This document shows, piece by piece, positions 1 to 9,369 of a DNA stretch of 64,000 nucleotides. Made by a program: the position numbers and the translations under genes. This DNA is from Gemmatimonadaceae bacterium. Lineage in GTDB: Bacteria > Gemmatimonadota > Gemmatimonadetes > Gemmatimonadales > Gemmatimonadaceae. Location of the stretch: positions 27,350 to 91,349 of the forward strand of contig JBGAJQ010000014.1 of assembly GCA_044224875.1 (NCBI GenBank), given 5' to 3'. The notes under the pieces are model-generated. The model had not been told where the DNA came from and searched no databases. It was given only the letters and a program-made list of their open reading frames with translations. Within the stretch, counting starts at the first letter, position 1. Each line of letters begins with the position of its first letter.

Positions 1-447
1 ATGGGTGCCGCAGACGATCCGGAGGAACGGCGAGGGGCGGCGTTGATCGAGGAGGTTGACCCTGCTGGCGAGGCAGTGATTCTCGAGCGTGAGGCGCCGA
101 CGTGGCGGGCCGGAGAGGTCGCGAAAGTGGCGGTGGAGGGAAGACGACCGGTCTTCATCCAGAAGAAGGAGTTCTCCGTCTTCGAGGGGAATCCGGCGAC
201 TGATGTCTTCTTGGGGCATCTGGTCTCCAAGCTTGGCGAACGGCCGGAGGTCGTGGTGTGTGGAGTAGCGACAGACGTCTGCGTGCGCCACGCCGTGGAG
301 GGATTTCTCGACCGCGGATTTGGTCTTTGGGTTATTCGAGACGCGACGCACGGGCTTGGCCTGATCCCCGACGATGCGTTGTGGCGTCGCTGGCAAGAGC
401 GGGGCGCGCGGGTCGTGACGTCGACGGAGCTCGACTCGATTGCCTAA
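1..447 (+). CDS. Isochorismatase/nicotinamidase-family cysteine hydrolase (5' end probably outside the window)
   Basis: IQKKEFSVF and VVVCGVATDVCV (catalytic Lys and Cys region), followed by DATHG, as in PncA/isochorismatase-family proteins. Confidence 0.8.
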   Translation: MGAADDPEERRGAALIEEVDPAGEAVILEREAPTWRAGEVAKVAVEGRRPVFIQKKEFSVFEGNPATDVFLGHLVSKLGERPEVVVCGVATDVCVRHAVEGFLDRGFGLWVIRDATHGLGLIPDDALWRRWQERGARVVTSTELDSIA

Positions 448-1960
448 CGATGGTGATCACCCATTGGGCGGCACTGCCGTGATTACGAAGGTGCAGCGCT
501 TGTTGGCGATTGACTTCGTTGTGGATCAAAGACGTCGCCAGCTTGGTCGCTTCGCCATGCAGGTGTGCCTAGGTATGCTCGTGGCCCCGATCACCTTGAC
601 GTTGCCGGCCCAAGTGACGTCATCGCGTGCCGCCGTGCCACCATCAGGACGGTTTGACGCACTGGAGCGCGTCATCAACACCGCCATGCGAGATCGGGGC
701 ATACCGGGTGTTGCGGTGATTGTGACGGAGGGGAGGGACGTGACGTACCGCCGTGCCTTTGGGATATCCGACATTGAGAGCGGTGCCCCGATGTCCACGT
801 CGTTGCTAACGCAAGTTGGCTCGGTGACGAAGGTGGTCACCGCCCTGCTAGCAGCTGATATGCAGCTGGCGGGCGAGGTGGACTTGGACGTGCCCATTGG
901 CCGCTATGCGACTGGACTGTCACCGCGCCTGTCGTCGATCACGCTGCGCCGCCTCCTGTCGCAGACGGCTGGCCTGCGCGACGAACCGGCCGTTTCAGGA
1001 CGGCAGGACGGATCGGCGCTGCTCGAGTATGCGCGTACGGTCCCGGACGCGGCGCAGATTCTTCCACCGGGCGAGGCCTTCTCGTATTCCAACCTGGGGT
1101 TCGCGTTAGGTGGATTGACGCTCCAGCAGAGCGTACACGTTCCCTTCGATCGACTGCTCCAGGATCGCGTTCTCCTTCCGTTGCAGATGGGTCATGCAAC
1201 GATGCGGCTGCCCGACGCCGCGACATATCCACGTGCCGCTGGTCACGCACCGGATAGTACGGGTCGACTACGCGTCGTACGCCCCGTTGCGAACGACGCG
1301 CGCTATTGGCCGGCAGGATATCTCTGGGCGTCAGCGGAAGACTTGGCCGAGCTAGTTCGCTTGTTTCTTCACACCCCGTCTCGCGCGTCGCATCCACGCC
1401 TGGCGGCTGCAGCAGATTCCTTGCTGGTGCGGCGGGTGGAAGTGCCAGGTCTCCCGAATAGCGCGCAGTACGGATATGGGATGTTCGTGGATCAGTGGCA
1501 TGGCGTACGACGCGCGTGGCATCCGGGCGCCATGCCGGGATTCAGCGCACTGATTGAGCTATTGCCCGACAGGGATGTGGGCGTGGTGGTGGTCGCGAAC
1601 CGGGATGGGCTTCGGCTGGACGAGATCGCCGAGGCGGCGCTTGAAAGTGGAGGGGTGTTTCCGAATGAGTCGTCCAGCGCCGACTCCGTCGTTGCGTCCG
1701 CAGTGAGCGGATCACTCCTTCAATCGTTGGAAGGCCGTTTCCTCGGGCGGTTTCCACTGGAACTACAGTACCGCGACGGCCAGCTGCTGCTCACGCGCTT
1801 CGGCACCACGCTGCCGGTCGTGCCACTGGGGGACGATCGCTACCTGATCGTGAACCCGGGCACTGGACGCCAAGAGACGTTCAAGATCATCCCGTCGTCG
1901 GGAAGCCGACCGGCGTACATCCAGATGTTCCTCTGGGCCTTTCCGCGCGTTAGGCAGTAG
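440..1960 (+). CDS. Secreted serine hydrolase, beta-lactamase/PBP-like family (likely start ATG 557 or later)
   Basis: SxxK (GSVTK), LLSQTAGL, FSYSN and HPG motifs; hydrophobic signal-like N-terminus. Confidence 0.85.
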   Translation: MPNDGDHPLGGTAVITKVQRLLAIDFVVDQRRRQLGRFAMQVCLGMLVAPITLTLPAQVTSSRAAVPPSGRFDALERVINTAMRDRGIPGVAVIVTEGRDVTYRRAFGISDIESGAPMSTSLLTQVGSVTKVVTALLAADMQLAGEVDLDVPIGRYATGLSPRLSSITLRRLLSQTAGLRDEPAVSGRQDGSALLEYARTVPDAAQILPPGEAFSYSNLGFALGGLTLQQSVHVPFDRLLQDRVLLPLQMGHATMRLPDAATYPRAAGHAPDSTGRLRVVRPVANDARYWPAGYLWASAEDLAELVRLFLHTPSRASHPRLAAAADSLLVRRVEVPGLPNSAQYGYGMFVDQWHGVRRAWHPGAMPGFSALIELLPDRDVGVVVVANRDGLRLDEIAEAALESGGVFPNESSSADSVVASAVSGSLLQSLEGRFLGRFPLELQYRDGQLLLTRFGTTLPVVPLGDDRYLIVNPGTGRQETFKIIPSSGSRPAYIQMFLWAFPRVRQ

Positions 1961-1999
1961 GGCGGGGAGGAGGCCGCGGCGACGGCTCGTTGCGGCTGG

Positions 2000-2551
2000 T
2001 CAGAACGAGAGGGACCCGCCGAGATGCCAACGACCAGCAGCATCAGGGAAGAGACTTATCTTCTTTGGGAGCGGGAGCGCGCGCCACTTCTCGGCACTCG
2101 CGCGCGAGCCGATATACGCGCCGATACCACCACCCACGACGGCACCGATCGCAGCGGTACCAAGCATTGAGTAGTCCTTCGAGCGGTCGCCAGGTCGGAA
2201 ATTGGCCGAGTAATAGCCGAACGCGAGTGCTCCCGCGGCTGCACCGATCGCGCCGTACTTGATCACGTACGACCGATTGTGCCGTTGTTCGCCGATGGTC
2301 ACCTCGAGCTTTGTGATCTGGTCCAGCGTCAACGACCAGATGCCACGGCCTTCAACGAACTTGAGCGTGTCAGCGGACGACTCGAGGTAGTTGGCAACGA
2401 GGGGCGCGACCAGGTTTGAGGCAGTGACGCGGACGCGCATTCCGGATACGAGGGGCAACTGGCTCTGGACAGGCGCTGGCTGGGTCGCTTGGGCACCGCT
2501 GACGGACGTGACGGTGAGGAGGCAAGCGCAAGCAAGAGCAATGGTTCGCAA
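2000..2551 (-). CDS. Hypothetical exported protein with Gly-rich hydrophobic segments
   Basis: Part of ORF 2000..2620. TTG at 2551 gives a signal peptide MRTIALACACLLTVTSVSGA; GAIGAAAG and GAVVGGGIG glycine-zipper-like segments; ends in Phe. Confidence 0.6.
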   Translation of the reverse strand: MRTIALACACLLTVTSVSGAQATQPAPVQSQLPLVSGMRVRVTASNLVAPLVANYLESSADTLKFVEGRGIWSLTLDQITKLEVTIGEQRHNRSYVIKYGAIGAAAGALAFGYYSANFRPGDRSKDYSMLGTAAIGAVVGGGIGAYIGSRASAEKWRALPLPKKISLFPDAAGRWHLGGSLSF

Positions 2552-2791
2552 AGGAAAGACTCCAATCGGGGACAAGGCGAGGTTAGGACAAGCGGGGTTC
2601 GGGGTCCGACCGAGCTCCAAGCAAAACCCGCGCCTGTATTACGACGGCCAAGACGTGGATCGGTAAAAATGACCCACTTGCCCCTAAGCGCGGCACCCCT
2701 CGTTGCGGGCGAATTCCGGATTGGCGAGAAGTGGCGAGGGTGCCTAGCTTCGGGTTGGAGCGCACTTCTGGACCCTCGACCGACCAAAAAA

Positions 2792-4120
2792 ATGACCGAA
2801 GCCACCAGCTTGGATGTCCGCGCTATCGCAAACGTTCCAGGGGGAGAGTCCTCCAGGCTTTCGAGCGTGGCTTTGAGCCTGAAGGGATCGGAGATCCTTC
2901 GAATTGCGGCTGAAATTCGGTCGATGGTGGCCGCTGGCGAGCCCGTGTGCAACCTGACCGTTGGAGATTTCGACCCTCGCCAGTTTCGAATTCCGCAGAT
3001 GTTGGAGGACGGGATTTCTGAGGCGCTTAGAAAGGGTGAGACCAACTATCCCCCGTCGACGGGACATCCCGCGTTGCGGGAGGCCATTCGAGACTACTTG
3101 GAGCGCGGGCTAGGCCTAGGGTACGATCTCGATTCCGTGCTCGTCACGTCTGGTTCCCGTCCCGGCGTCTACGGGACCTATAGGGCAATCGTGAGTCCCG
3201 GGGAGCGCGTGGTGTACCCGGTTCCCTCCTGGAACAACAACTACTACTGCGACATGGTTGGAGCGGCCGGCGTTCCGGTGGAGACACTAGCCGACGAGTC
3301 CTTTCTTCCGACGCGAGCGCTGCTCGAACCGCATGTGCGCGACGCACGGATGATCGCGCTGAATTCACCGCTCAATCCGTGCGGCACCGCGTTTACCGCT
3401 GAGGCCTTGGCTGCGATTTGCGACCTGATTCTCGAGGAAAACGCGAGACGGGGACCAAACGGCCGAGCGCTGTACCTCATGTATGATCAAGTGTATTGGC
3501 AGCTGACGTTCGGCAACACGATGCACGTTGATCCGGTGACGCTGCGACCGCAGATGGCGAAGTACACCGTGTACATCGATGGCATCTCGAAGGCGTTTGC
3601 GGCCACCGGTGTGCGTGTGGGTTGGGTCGTTGGCCCGACCGACATCATCAGTGCGATGAACAACTTCTTAGGGCACGTTGGAACGTGGGCACCGCGCGCC
3701 GAGCAGGTCGCGACTGCGCATTTGCTCTCGTCGGGCGACGTGGTAGGTGAGTTCACGCGGAGTCTCTGCGGCCAGGTTCAAGCGAGACTGGACGCGTTGT
3801 ACGAGGCGGTGGCGACCCTTGCCGCGGAGGGACATCCGGTACGTGCGATATCGCCGATGGGGGCCATCTACCTGAGCGCGCAGTTCAACATCGCGGGCAA
3901 GCGCGCGCGGGACGGGTCCATGTTGCAGACGGCAGACGACGTCCGACGATGGCTTCTCCGGGAAACAGGGTTGGGAGTGGTACCGTTCAATGCCTTCGGG
4001 TCTCGGGATCAGAAGGGGTCGGAATTTGGGTGGTTCCGACTCTCCGTCGGGGCGGTGTCGATGTCGGATATTGGAAAGGCGATACCGCGTTTGCGAAGCG
4101 GACTTGAGTCTTTGAGCTAA
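2792..4120 (+). CDS. PLP-dependent aminotransferase class I/II (aspartate aminotransferase-like)
   Basis: NLTVGDFD, NSPLNPCG, YDQVY and GISKAFAATGVRVG (PLP lysine) motifs. ATG 2792 chosen within ORF 2489..4120. Confidence 0.9.
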   Translation: MTEATSLDVRAIANVPGGESSRLSSVALSLKGSEILRIAAEIRSMVAAGEPVCNLTVGDFDPRQFRIPQMLEDGISEALRKGETNYPPSTGHPALREAIRDYLERGLGLGYDLDSVLVTSGSRPGVYGTYRAIVSPGERVVYPVPSWNNNYYCDMVGAAGVPVETLADESFLPTRALLEPHVRDARMIALNSPLNPCGTAFTAEALAAICDLILEENARRGPNGRALYLMYDQVYWQLTFGNTMHVDPVTLRPQMAKYTVYIDGISKAFAATGVRVGWVVGPTDIISAMNNFLGHVGTWAPRAEQVATAHLLSSGDVVGEFTRSLCGQVQARLDALYEAVATLAAEGHPVRAISPMGAIYLSAQFNIAGKRARDGSMLQTADDVRRWLLRETGLGVVPFNAFGSRDQKGSEFGWFRLSVGAVSMSDIGKAIPRLRSGLESLS

Positions 4121-4287
4121 CCTCCAGTCGTGCTCGATGGTCACGTTCGATGGCTGATGGAACGCAGGGTTTTCTATAACAGTAAGAAGCCTATAACAAG
4201 ACAGCGAAGCGCCACTTGTGGAACGTGCGCATGTGAACATCTGTGGGCAATAGAGCTGTTTGCCATCATTGGTCACGCTTTGGAGAT

Positions 4288-4316
4288 TTGACAGCGGGAG
4301 GCAGACATACTACCAT
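4288..4316 (+). promoter_or_regulatory. Sigma70-type promoter of sahR-ahcY
   Basis: TTGACA (4288-4293), 17-bp spacer, TACCAT (4311-4316). Confidence 0.8.
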
Positions 4317-4339
4317 ATATCCGGATCAACGGATATATG
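4314..4339. promoter_or_regulatory. Palindromic operator, probable SahR site
   Basis: Perfect inverted repeat CATATATCCG-gatcaa-CGGATATATG overlapping the -10 element, the predicted transcription start and the ATG at 4337. Confidence 0.75.
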
Positions 4340-5335
4340 ACTCAGGCCCCTGTTCTTGACCGTCTCACAGCCCTAGCCGACTTCACGCGGAGTCGCCTGC
4401 TCCGGGCGCTCGATGAGCACGAGCTGACGGTCGGGGAGCTGTGTACCGTGTTGCAGCTGCCACAGTCCACGGTGAGTCGGCACTTGAAGGTGCTTGGAGG
4501 CGATGGATGGCTCACCTCCCGCGCTGAGGGCACCAGCCGGTTCTACCGCCGCTCGTCGCAGCTGGACGACACGGCGCGGTCCCTGTGGGAGATCGTTAGG
4601 CAGGACGTCGATCGCCAACCGATTGTCCGCGAGGACGCCTCGCGCATCGATACGGTCCTCCGGGGACGGCGGGACGCCTCTCGCGAGTTCTTCTCGACGG
4701 CCGCGGCGCGATGGGATGCCTTGCGTCGGGAACTGTACGGGGATGCGTTGGAGCAATCGGCACTGCTCGGTCTCCTGGATTCCGCGTGGGTGATCGGTGA
4801 TCTGGGCTGCGGAACCGGGTCCCTTGCCGCCGTGGTGGCTCCGCACGTCGCGCGCGTGTTGGCGGTTGACGGATCTGATCGAATGCTGGAGGCCGCGCGC
4901 CGCCGCTTGCAGCCGCATGCGAACGTTGAAGTGCATGCTGGAGAATTGGAGGCGTTACCCATTCCATCCGAGACTCTGGACGTAGGGTTCCTCACGTTGG
5001 TACTGCACAACGTCGCGGAACCTGTCCGAGCGTTGCGCGAAGTATCGCGGTCGCTGAAGGAAAGGGGGCGGATCGTAGTGGTTGACATGCTTCCGCACAG
5101 CCGAGAGGAGTATCGCCTCGAGATGGGGCACGTGTGGCAGGGGTTCTCGCCCGACGAACTCGCCGGGTGGCTGCGTGAGGCGGGTTTTGCTCAACTGCGG
5201 GTGATACCACTGGCCGTCACTGAAGGCGCGCGAGGCCCGGCGCTCTTCATGGCGACTGGAGTGAAGGATTCCCATACAGTGCCGCCAGACGGGGCGCATT
5301 CGCAACAATCGTCTCTTACAAGGATCGCATCATGA
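4337..5335 (+). CDS. sahR: ArsR-family HTH fused to a SAM-dependent methyltransferase-like domain (SahR-type regulator)
   Basis: N-terminal ELTVGEL...[12 protein letters not shown]rsR HTH; C-terminal [10 protein letters not shown]-binding motif; ATGA overlap with ahcY. Confidence 0.85.
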   Translation: MTQAPVLDRLTALADFTRSRLLRALDEHELTVGELCTVLQLPQSTVSRHLKVLGGDGWLTSRAEGTSRFYRRSSQLDDTARSLWEIVRQDVDRQPIVREDASRIDTVLRGRRDASREFFSTAAARWDALRRELYGDALEQSALLGLLDSAWVIGDLGCGTGSLAAVVAPHVARVLAVDGSDRMLEAARRRLQPHANVEVHAGELEALPIPSETLDVGFLTLVLHNVAEPVRALREVSRSLKERGRIVVVDMLPHSREEYRLEMGHVWQGFSPDELAGWLREAGFAQLRVIPLAVTEGARGPALFMATGVKDSHTVPPDGAHSQQSSLTRIAS

Positions 5336-6816
5336 CTTCGACCGTTCAGCCAGGGGTCGCGCCGGGGTCGGCGCTGGACCGTCCGGCGTTCAAAGTGCGC
5401 GACCTCTCTCTTGCGGAATGGGGCCGAAAGGAAATTCGGCTGGCAGAACAGGAGATGCCGGGGCTGATGGCACTGCGCGCCGAATTCAAGGGTGCGCGAC
5501 CACTCGCTGGCGCGCGCATCATGGGTTCGCTGCACATGACCGTTCAGACGGCCGTGTTGATCGAAACGCTCGTTGCGCTCGGCGCCGATGTGCGTTGGGT
5601 GTCGTGCAACATCTTCTCGACGCAGGACCATGCCGCGGCAGCCGTCGCGGTTGGGCCTGACGGTAGTGTCGAGCACCCGCGTGGTACCGCTGTGTTTGCG
5701 TGGAAGGGTGAGACACTCGACGAGTATTGGTGGTGCACGGAGCAGGCGCTGATGTGGCCGGATGGTGGGGGCCCCACGCTGCTGTTGGATGACGGTGGTG
5801 ATGCTACGCTTCTGGTGCACAAGGGTGCGGAGTACGAAACGGCTGGCCGCATTCCGGCGTTTGATGCTGCGAATGATCCAGAAGAGTGGGGGGTGATCCT
5901 GGAACTCCTTCGGGCCGAAGCGACACGGCATCCGGGACGCTGGACGAACGTGGCGGCGGGAATTCGCGGCGTGTCCGAGGAAACGACGACGGGAGTGCAT
6001 CGCCTATACGAAATGATGCGGAACGGGACGCTGTTGTTTCCGGCCATCAACGTCAACGACTCGGTGACGAAGTCGAAGTTCGACAACATCTACGGTTGCC
6101 GACACTCGGTGATTGATGGCCTGAACCGCGCCACTGACGTCATGTTGAGCGGCAAGATTGCCGTGGTCTGCGGCTTCGGCGAGGTCGGGAAGGGTTGTGC
6201 GCAGGCGCTTCGCGGCCAGGGCGCGCGAGTAGTGGTGACCGAAATTGACCCGATCTGCGCGCTTCAGGCGGCGATGGAGGGGTTTGAGGTGACGACCGTG
6301 GAGGCGGTGATCGAACGGGCGGATGTCTTCATCACGGCTACAGGCAACAAGAACGTCATCACCGTCGAGCACATGGCGCGCATGAAGGACAAGGCGATCG
6401 TGGGCAACATTGGCCATTTCGACAACGAGATCGACATGGCTGGACTGAAGCGGGTGGCAGGCCTGCAGCGCATCAACATCAAGCCGCAATACGACGAGTT
6501 CCGTTTTCCCGATGGACACAGCGTGCTGATCTTGGCCGAGGGGCGGCTGCTAAACCTTGGGTGTGCAACGGGTCACCCGAGTTTCGTCATGTCCGCATCA
6601 TTCACCAATCAGGTCCTCGCCCAGCTGGAACTCCACCAACGAGCGACCGCGTACGAGAAAAAGGTCTATACCTTGCCAAAACATCTCGACGAGAAAGTCG
6701 CACGGTTGCACCTGCAGAAGTTAGGTGTGCAGCTGACGGAGTTGACGATCGAGCAAGCGTCCTACCTCGGGGTCAAGCACGAGGGTCCGTACAAGCCGGA
6801 GCACTACCGATACTAG
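5332..6816 (+). CDS. ahcY: Adenosylhomocysteinase (SAH hydrolase)
   Basis: [41 protein letters not shown] and [14 protein letters not shown] motifs. Confidence 0.98.
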   Translation: MTSTVQPGVAPGSALDRPAFKVRDLSLAEWGRKEIRLAEQEMPGLMALRAEFKGARPLAGARIMGSLHMTVQTAVLIETLVALGADVRWVSCNIFSTQDHAAAAVAVGPDGSVEHPRGTAVFAWKGETLDEYWWCTEQALMWPDGGGPTLLLDDGGDATLLVHKGAEYETAGRIPAFDAANDPEEWGVILELLRAEATRHPGRWTNVAAGIRGVSEETTTGVHRLYEMMRNGTLLFPAINVNDSVTKSKFDNIYGCRHSVIDGLNRATDVMLSGKIAVVCGFGEVGKGCAQALRGQGARVVVTEIDPICALQAAMEGFEVTTVEAVIERADVFITATGNKNVITVEHMARMKDKAIVGNIGHFDNEIDMAGLKRVAGLQRINIKPQYDEFRFPDGHSVLILAEGRLLNLGCATGHPSFVMSASFTNQVLAQLELHQRATAYEKKVYTLPKHLDEKVARLHLQKLGVQLTELTIEQASYLGVKHEGPYKPEHYRY

Positions 6817-6826
6817 GATAGGCGCG

Positions 6827-6861
6827 GCGAGCGGGGGGGATGTGCGCGACGCCCCGCTCGC
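6827..6861. terminator. GC-rich hairpin between convergent ahcY and nadR-like genes
   Basis: GCGAGCGGGG (6827-6836) pairs with CCCCGCTCGC (6852-6861); no U-tract. Confidence 0.5.
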
Positions 6862-7410
6862 TCAGTTGTCCGTCGCGACCTTGCCTTCCGCCCTGCGAAT
6901 GGCGCGCAACGCGCTATGTAAGCGCTCAACGCCGACACCGGATATCAACGCCGCAGGCGCGCCAAACTCGTGCAGGGCGTGAAGGAACTGCTGGTGTACG
7001 GTGGCGCGCGAATGGGGTTGATCGCGGACGCCGTCGGCGATCCAGGGGATATCCCTGTAGTCACACAACAGATAGAGCGACGCCAGTCGGTCGCGGGCGC
7101 GTCCGACGATTGACGCCGGGCACGAGCCGTAATAGTGCCTCGCGTATACCACGGTGCTGACGAGGTCCGTGTCGAGGACGGTGAGGCGCGGCTCGGACCG
7201 GGCCGCGGCATCCTCCATGGCAACCTGACCCTCGGCGATAGGCTCGACGTCCGCCGCCGTCAGCGGATGGCCGATGGACTCGGCGTAGGCACGCGCGTAC
7301 TCGGGAAGCCACAGCGCCCCGAGTTCCTCTGCCAGCTGGCGAGAGAGTGTCGTCTTGCCCGTACATTCGGAACCGGTGACGACGATTCGCGACAGCGTTG
7401 GCGTGTTCAC
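6862..7410 (-). CDS. NadR-type P-loop kinase domain protein (AAA_28, ribosylnicotinamide kinase-like)
   Basis: Walker A GSECTGKT, PEYAR, LDTD and PWIADGVR motifs; lies directly downstream of pnuC. Confidence 0.85.
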   Translation of the reverse strand: MNTPTLSRIVVTGSECTGKTTLSRQLAEELGALWLPEYARAYAESIGHPLTAADVEPIAEGQVAMEDAAARSEPRLTVLDTDLVSTVVYARHYYGSCPASIVGRARDRLASLYLLCDYRDIPWIADGVRDQPHSRATVHQQFLHALHEFGAPAALISGVGVERLHSALRAIRRAEGKVATDN

Positions 7411-7424
7411 CGAAACGAATGGAT

Positions 7425-8030
7425 TCAGGGGACGACCACCTGTGGAGCGGCGAGGCCCACGGCTTTAGACCGCTCCCGGAGCGACCGCAACCACTGGACG
7501 TGTCCCGTTACCGCGAGGCCGAGAAACACGAGGTATTGAAAGGCCGTCAGGTACAAATGCTTGAGGAAGACAAACATCACGACATAGACGACGTCCATGA
7601 GTATCCAGAGCATCCAGTTCTCGAGGATCTTCCGCGTCATCATCCACTGCGCGATGAGGGAAAATACCGACAAGGTTGCGTCGAGCCATGGCAACGCCGC
7701 GTCGGTGGCGCGCTGGAGGAAAGCACCTAGTGTCAGTGACCCAGTGACACCGATGGCGAGGAGGGGCAGCAAGAGACGACGTGGGACTCGCGAAACAAGC
7801 AACTCAGTGCGGTTCTCACCGCCGAAGAGCCATTCGTACCAGCCGTAGATCGAAAGGAGCAAGTAGATGACTTGCAGCCCCATGTCCGCGTACAGCTTTT
7901 CGCGCGCGAAGAGCACGGCGTATAGACCAACGTTGATGATTGCCGTCGGCCAGCTCCAGATGTTCTCGCGGGCCGACAGGAATACGCTGACGAGGCCGAA
8001 GGCGACGGCGCACACTTCCAGAGGGCTCAA
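7425..8030 (-). CDS. pnuC: PnuC-family nicotinamide riboside (vitamin) transporter
   Basis: ENIWSWP, LYADMGLQ, YGWYEW, PWLDA and KILENWMLW motifs; multiple TM segments. Confidence 0.9.
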   Translation of the reverse strand: MSPLEVCAVAFGLVSVFLSARENIWSWPTAIINVGLYAVLFAREKLYADMGLQVIYLLLSIYGWYEWLFGGENRTELLVSRVPRRLLLPLLAIGVTGSLTLGAFLQRATDAALPWLDATLSVFSLIAQWMMTRKILENWMLWILMDVVYVVMFVFLKHLYLTAFQYLVFLGLAVTGHVQWLRSLRERSKAVGLAAPQVVVP

Positions 8031-8084
8031 GGCGCGAAGGGCATGGGTGAATGCGACATTCCCCCGCGAGCAGTCGGTGTGACT

Positions 8085-9209
8085 CTACCGGGGGCGAATT
8101 CTTATGATTCGGTCGTCGCTAGGCTGTGGAGAGCCGCGGCCGTCGCGATTGCTTGTGGCAATGTACACAAGCCCATCCGGGGCGACGAGGACGGCACGCA
8201 GGCGGCCGAAATCGCCGGTGAAGAGGGATTCGGACGCCGTGATGGTGCGCCCATCGGCTGCGAAGCCAAGGCGATGTAGAGAATTGCCCTTGAGTGTGGT
8301 GAAAAGGAGTGAGCCTTTCCACCCGGGAATTCTCGTGTGGTCGTAGTAGGCCGCTCCCGAGGGGGCTATCGTCGGAGTCCAGGATCGGACAGGCTCAACC
8401 ACCTGATTGGCGGCGCAGAACGCCGATTCTCCGCTCCCGATGTCGTTGTCACACATGCCGTGTACTGTTGGCCAACCGTAATTCCGACCAGGGAGCAGGA
8501 TGTTGACCTCGTCATTGTCTGACGGTCCATGCTCCGTCTCGTACAAACTTCCGGATGGGGCGAAGGCCAGCCCTTGGGGATTGCGGTGACCCCAGGAGAA
8601 CACTGGTGAACCAGCTGCGTATCCCGCGTTCGCGCCCTCAAGCGTTAGGCGCAGAATCTTTCCGGCGCGGGAAGCAACATTTTGAGCGAGTTCCCCAGTC
8701 GATGCGTCACCGGTGGTGACGTACAGCAATCGGTCTGGACCCACTACCAACCGCGAACCGTTGTGCACTGAAGACCCAGGGATGTCATCGAGGAGCACCT
8801 CGGGGGCGCCGAGCGCTCCGCCAGTCACCCGGGCTCTCACCACACGGTTACGCGTGCCGGCGGGCGAGCTGTAGGTGGTGGCGAGGTACACCCATGGTTG
8901 TGTGGGGAAATCCGGATGCAGCGCCATGCCCATTAGTCCACCTTCGCCGATCTCCGCGACCGTGAGGTGCCCGATCGATGTCACCACGCCAGACGCAGGA
9001 TCCAGACGCGATACGTCGCCACCACGCTGGGTGAACCAAATCGAACCATCCGGTGCCCAGACCATATCCCAGATGGTATCGAAGCCGCCGGCGACTGTTT
9101 CGGTGACGAGCTCCGTGCCGTTAGGCGTCCCTGCTGCGGGCTGAGAGGGACCATCGCATCCGGCTAGAGCAGCGATTCCAAGGGCGAGAAGCCGGGTAGT
9201 GAAACGCAC
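8085..9209 (-). CDS. PQQ-dependent sugar dehydrogenase (GSDH family) lipoprotein
   Basis: GEGGLMG, HNGSRL, LYVTTGD, GHRNPQG, EHGP and NYGWP motifs; lipobox LAGC after GTG 9209 (ORF open to 9263). Confidence 0.9.
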   Translation of the reverse strand: MRFTTRLLALGIAALAGCDGPSQPAAGTPNGTELVTETVAGGFDTIWDMVWAPDGSIWFTQRGGDVSRLDPASGVVTSIGHLTVAEIGEGGLMGMALHPDFPTQPWVYLATTYSSPAGTRNRVVRARVTGGALGAPEVLLDDIPGSSVHNGSRLVVGPDRLLYVTTGDASTGELAQNVASRAGKILRLTLEGANAGYAAGSPVFSWGHRNPQGLAFAPSGSLYETEHGPSDNDEVNILLPGRNYGWPTVHGMCDNDIGSGESAFCAANQVVEPVRSWTPTIAPSGAAYYDHTRIPGWKGSLLFTTLKGNSLHRLGFAADGRTITASESLFTGDFGRLRAVLVAPDGLVYIATSNRDGRGSPQPSDDRIIRIRPR

Positions 9210-9369
9210 CGAAGTTTGAGTGAAGGGGGCTTGGCGGAACGTAGCGTGCGCAGTCCGGTACACCGTAGCGCGACCAAGCGATCATATTTGTCCGAAGCGC
9301 GTGCGACTGTGACCGTTGGCACGACACCTGAGAGCAAGAAGCCGAACTTCCCTGCAGCGCTCCATAGCC

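Noticed and set aside
4121..4336. SAM or SAH riboswitch upstream of sahR-ahcY
   Set aside because: No recognisable consensus, and the promoter lies downstream of this stretch, leaving a leader of only about 14 nt.
9316..9332. Sigma54-like TTGGCACG upstream of the DUF885 gene
   Set aside because: The -12 position reads GA rather than GC and overlaps an ORF-track start; a similar half-site at 58022 also lacks the -12 element.
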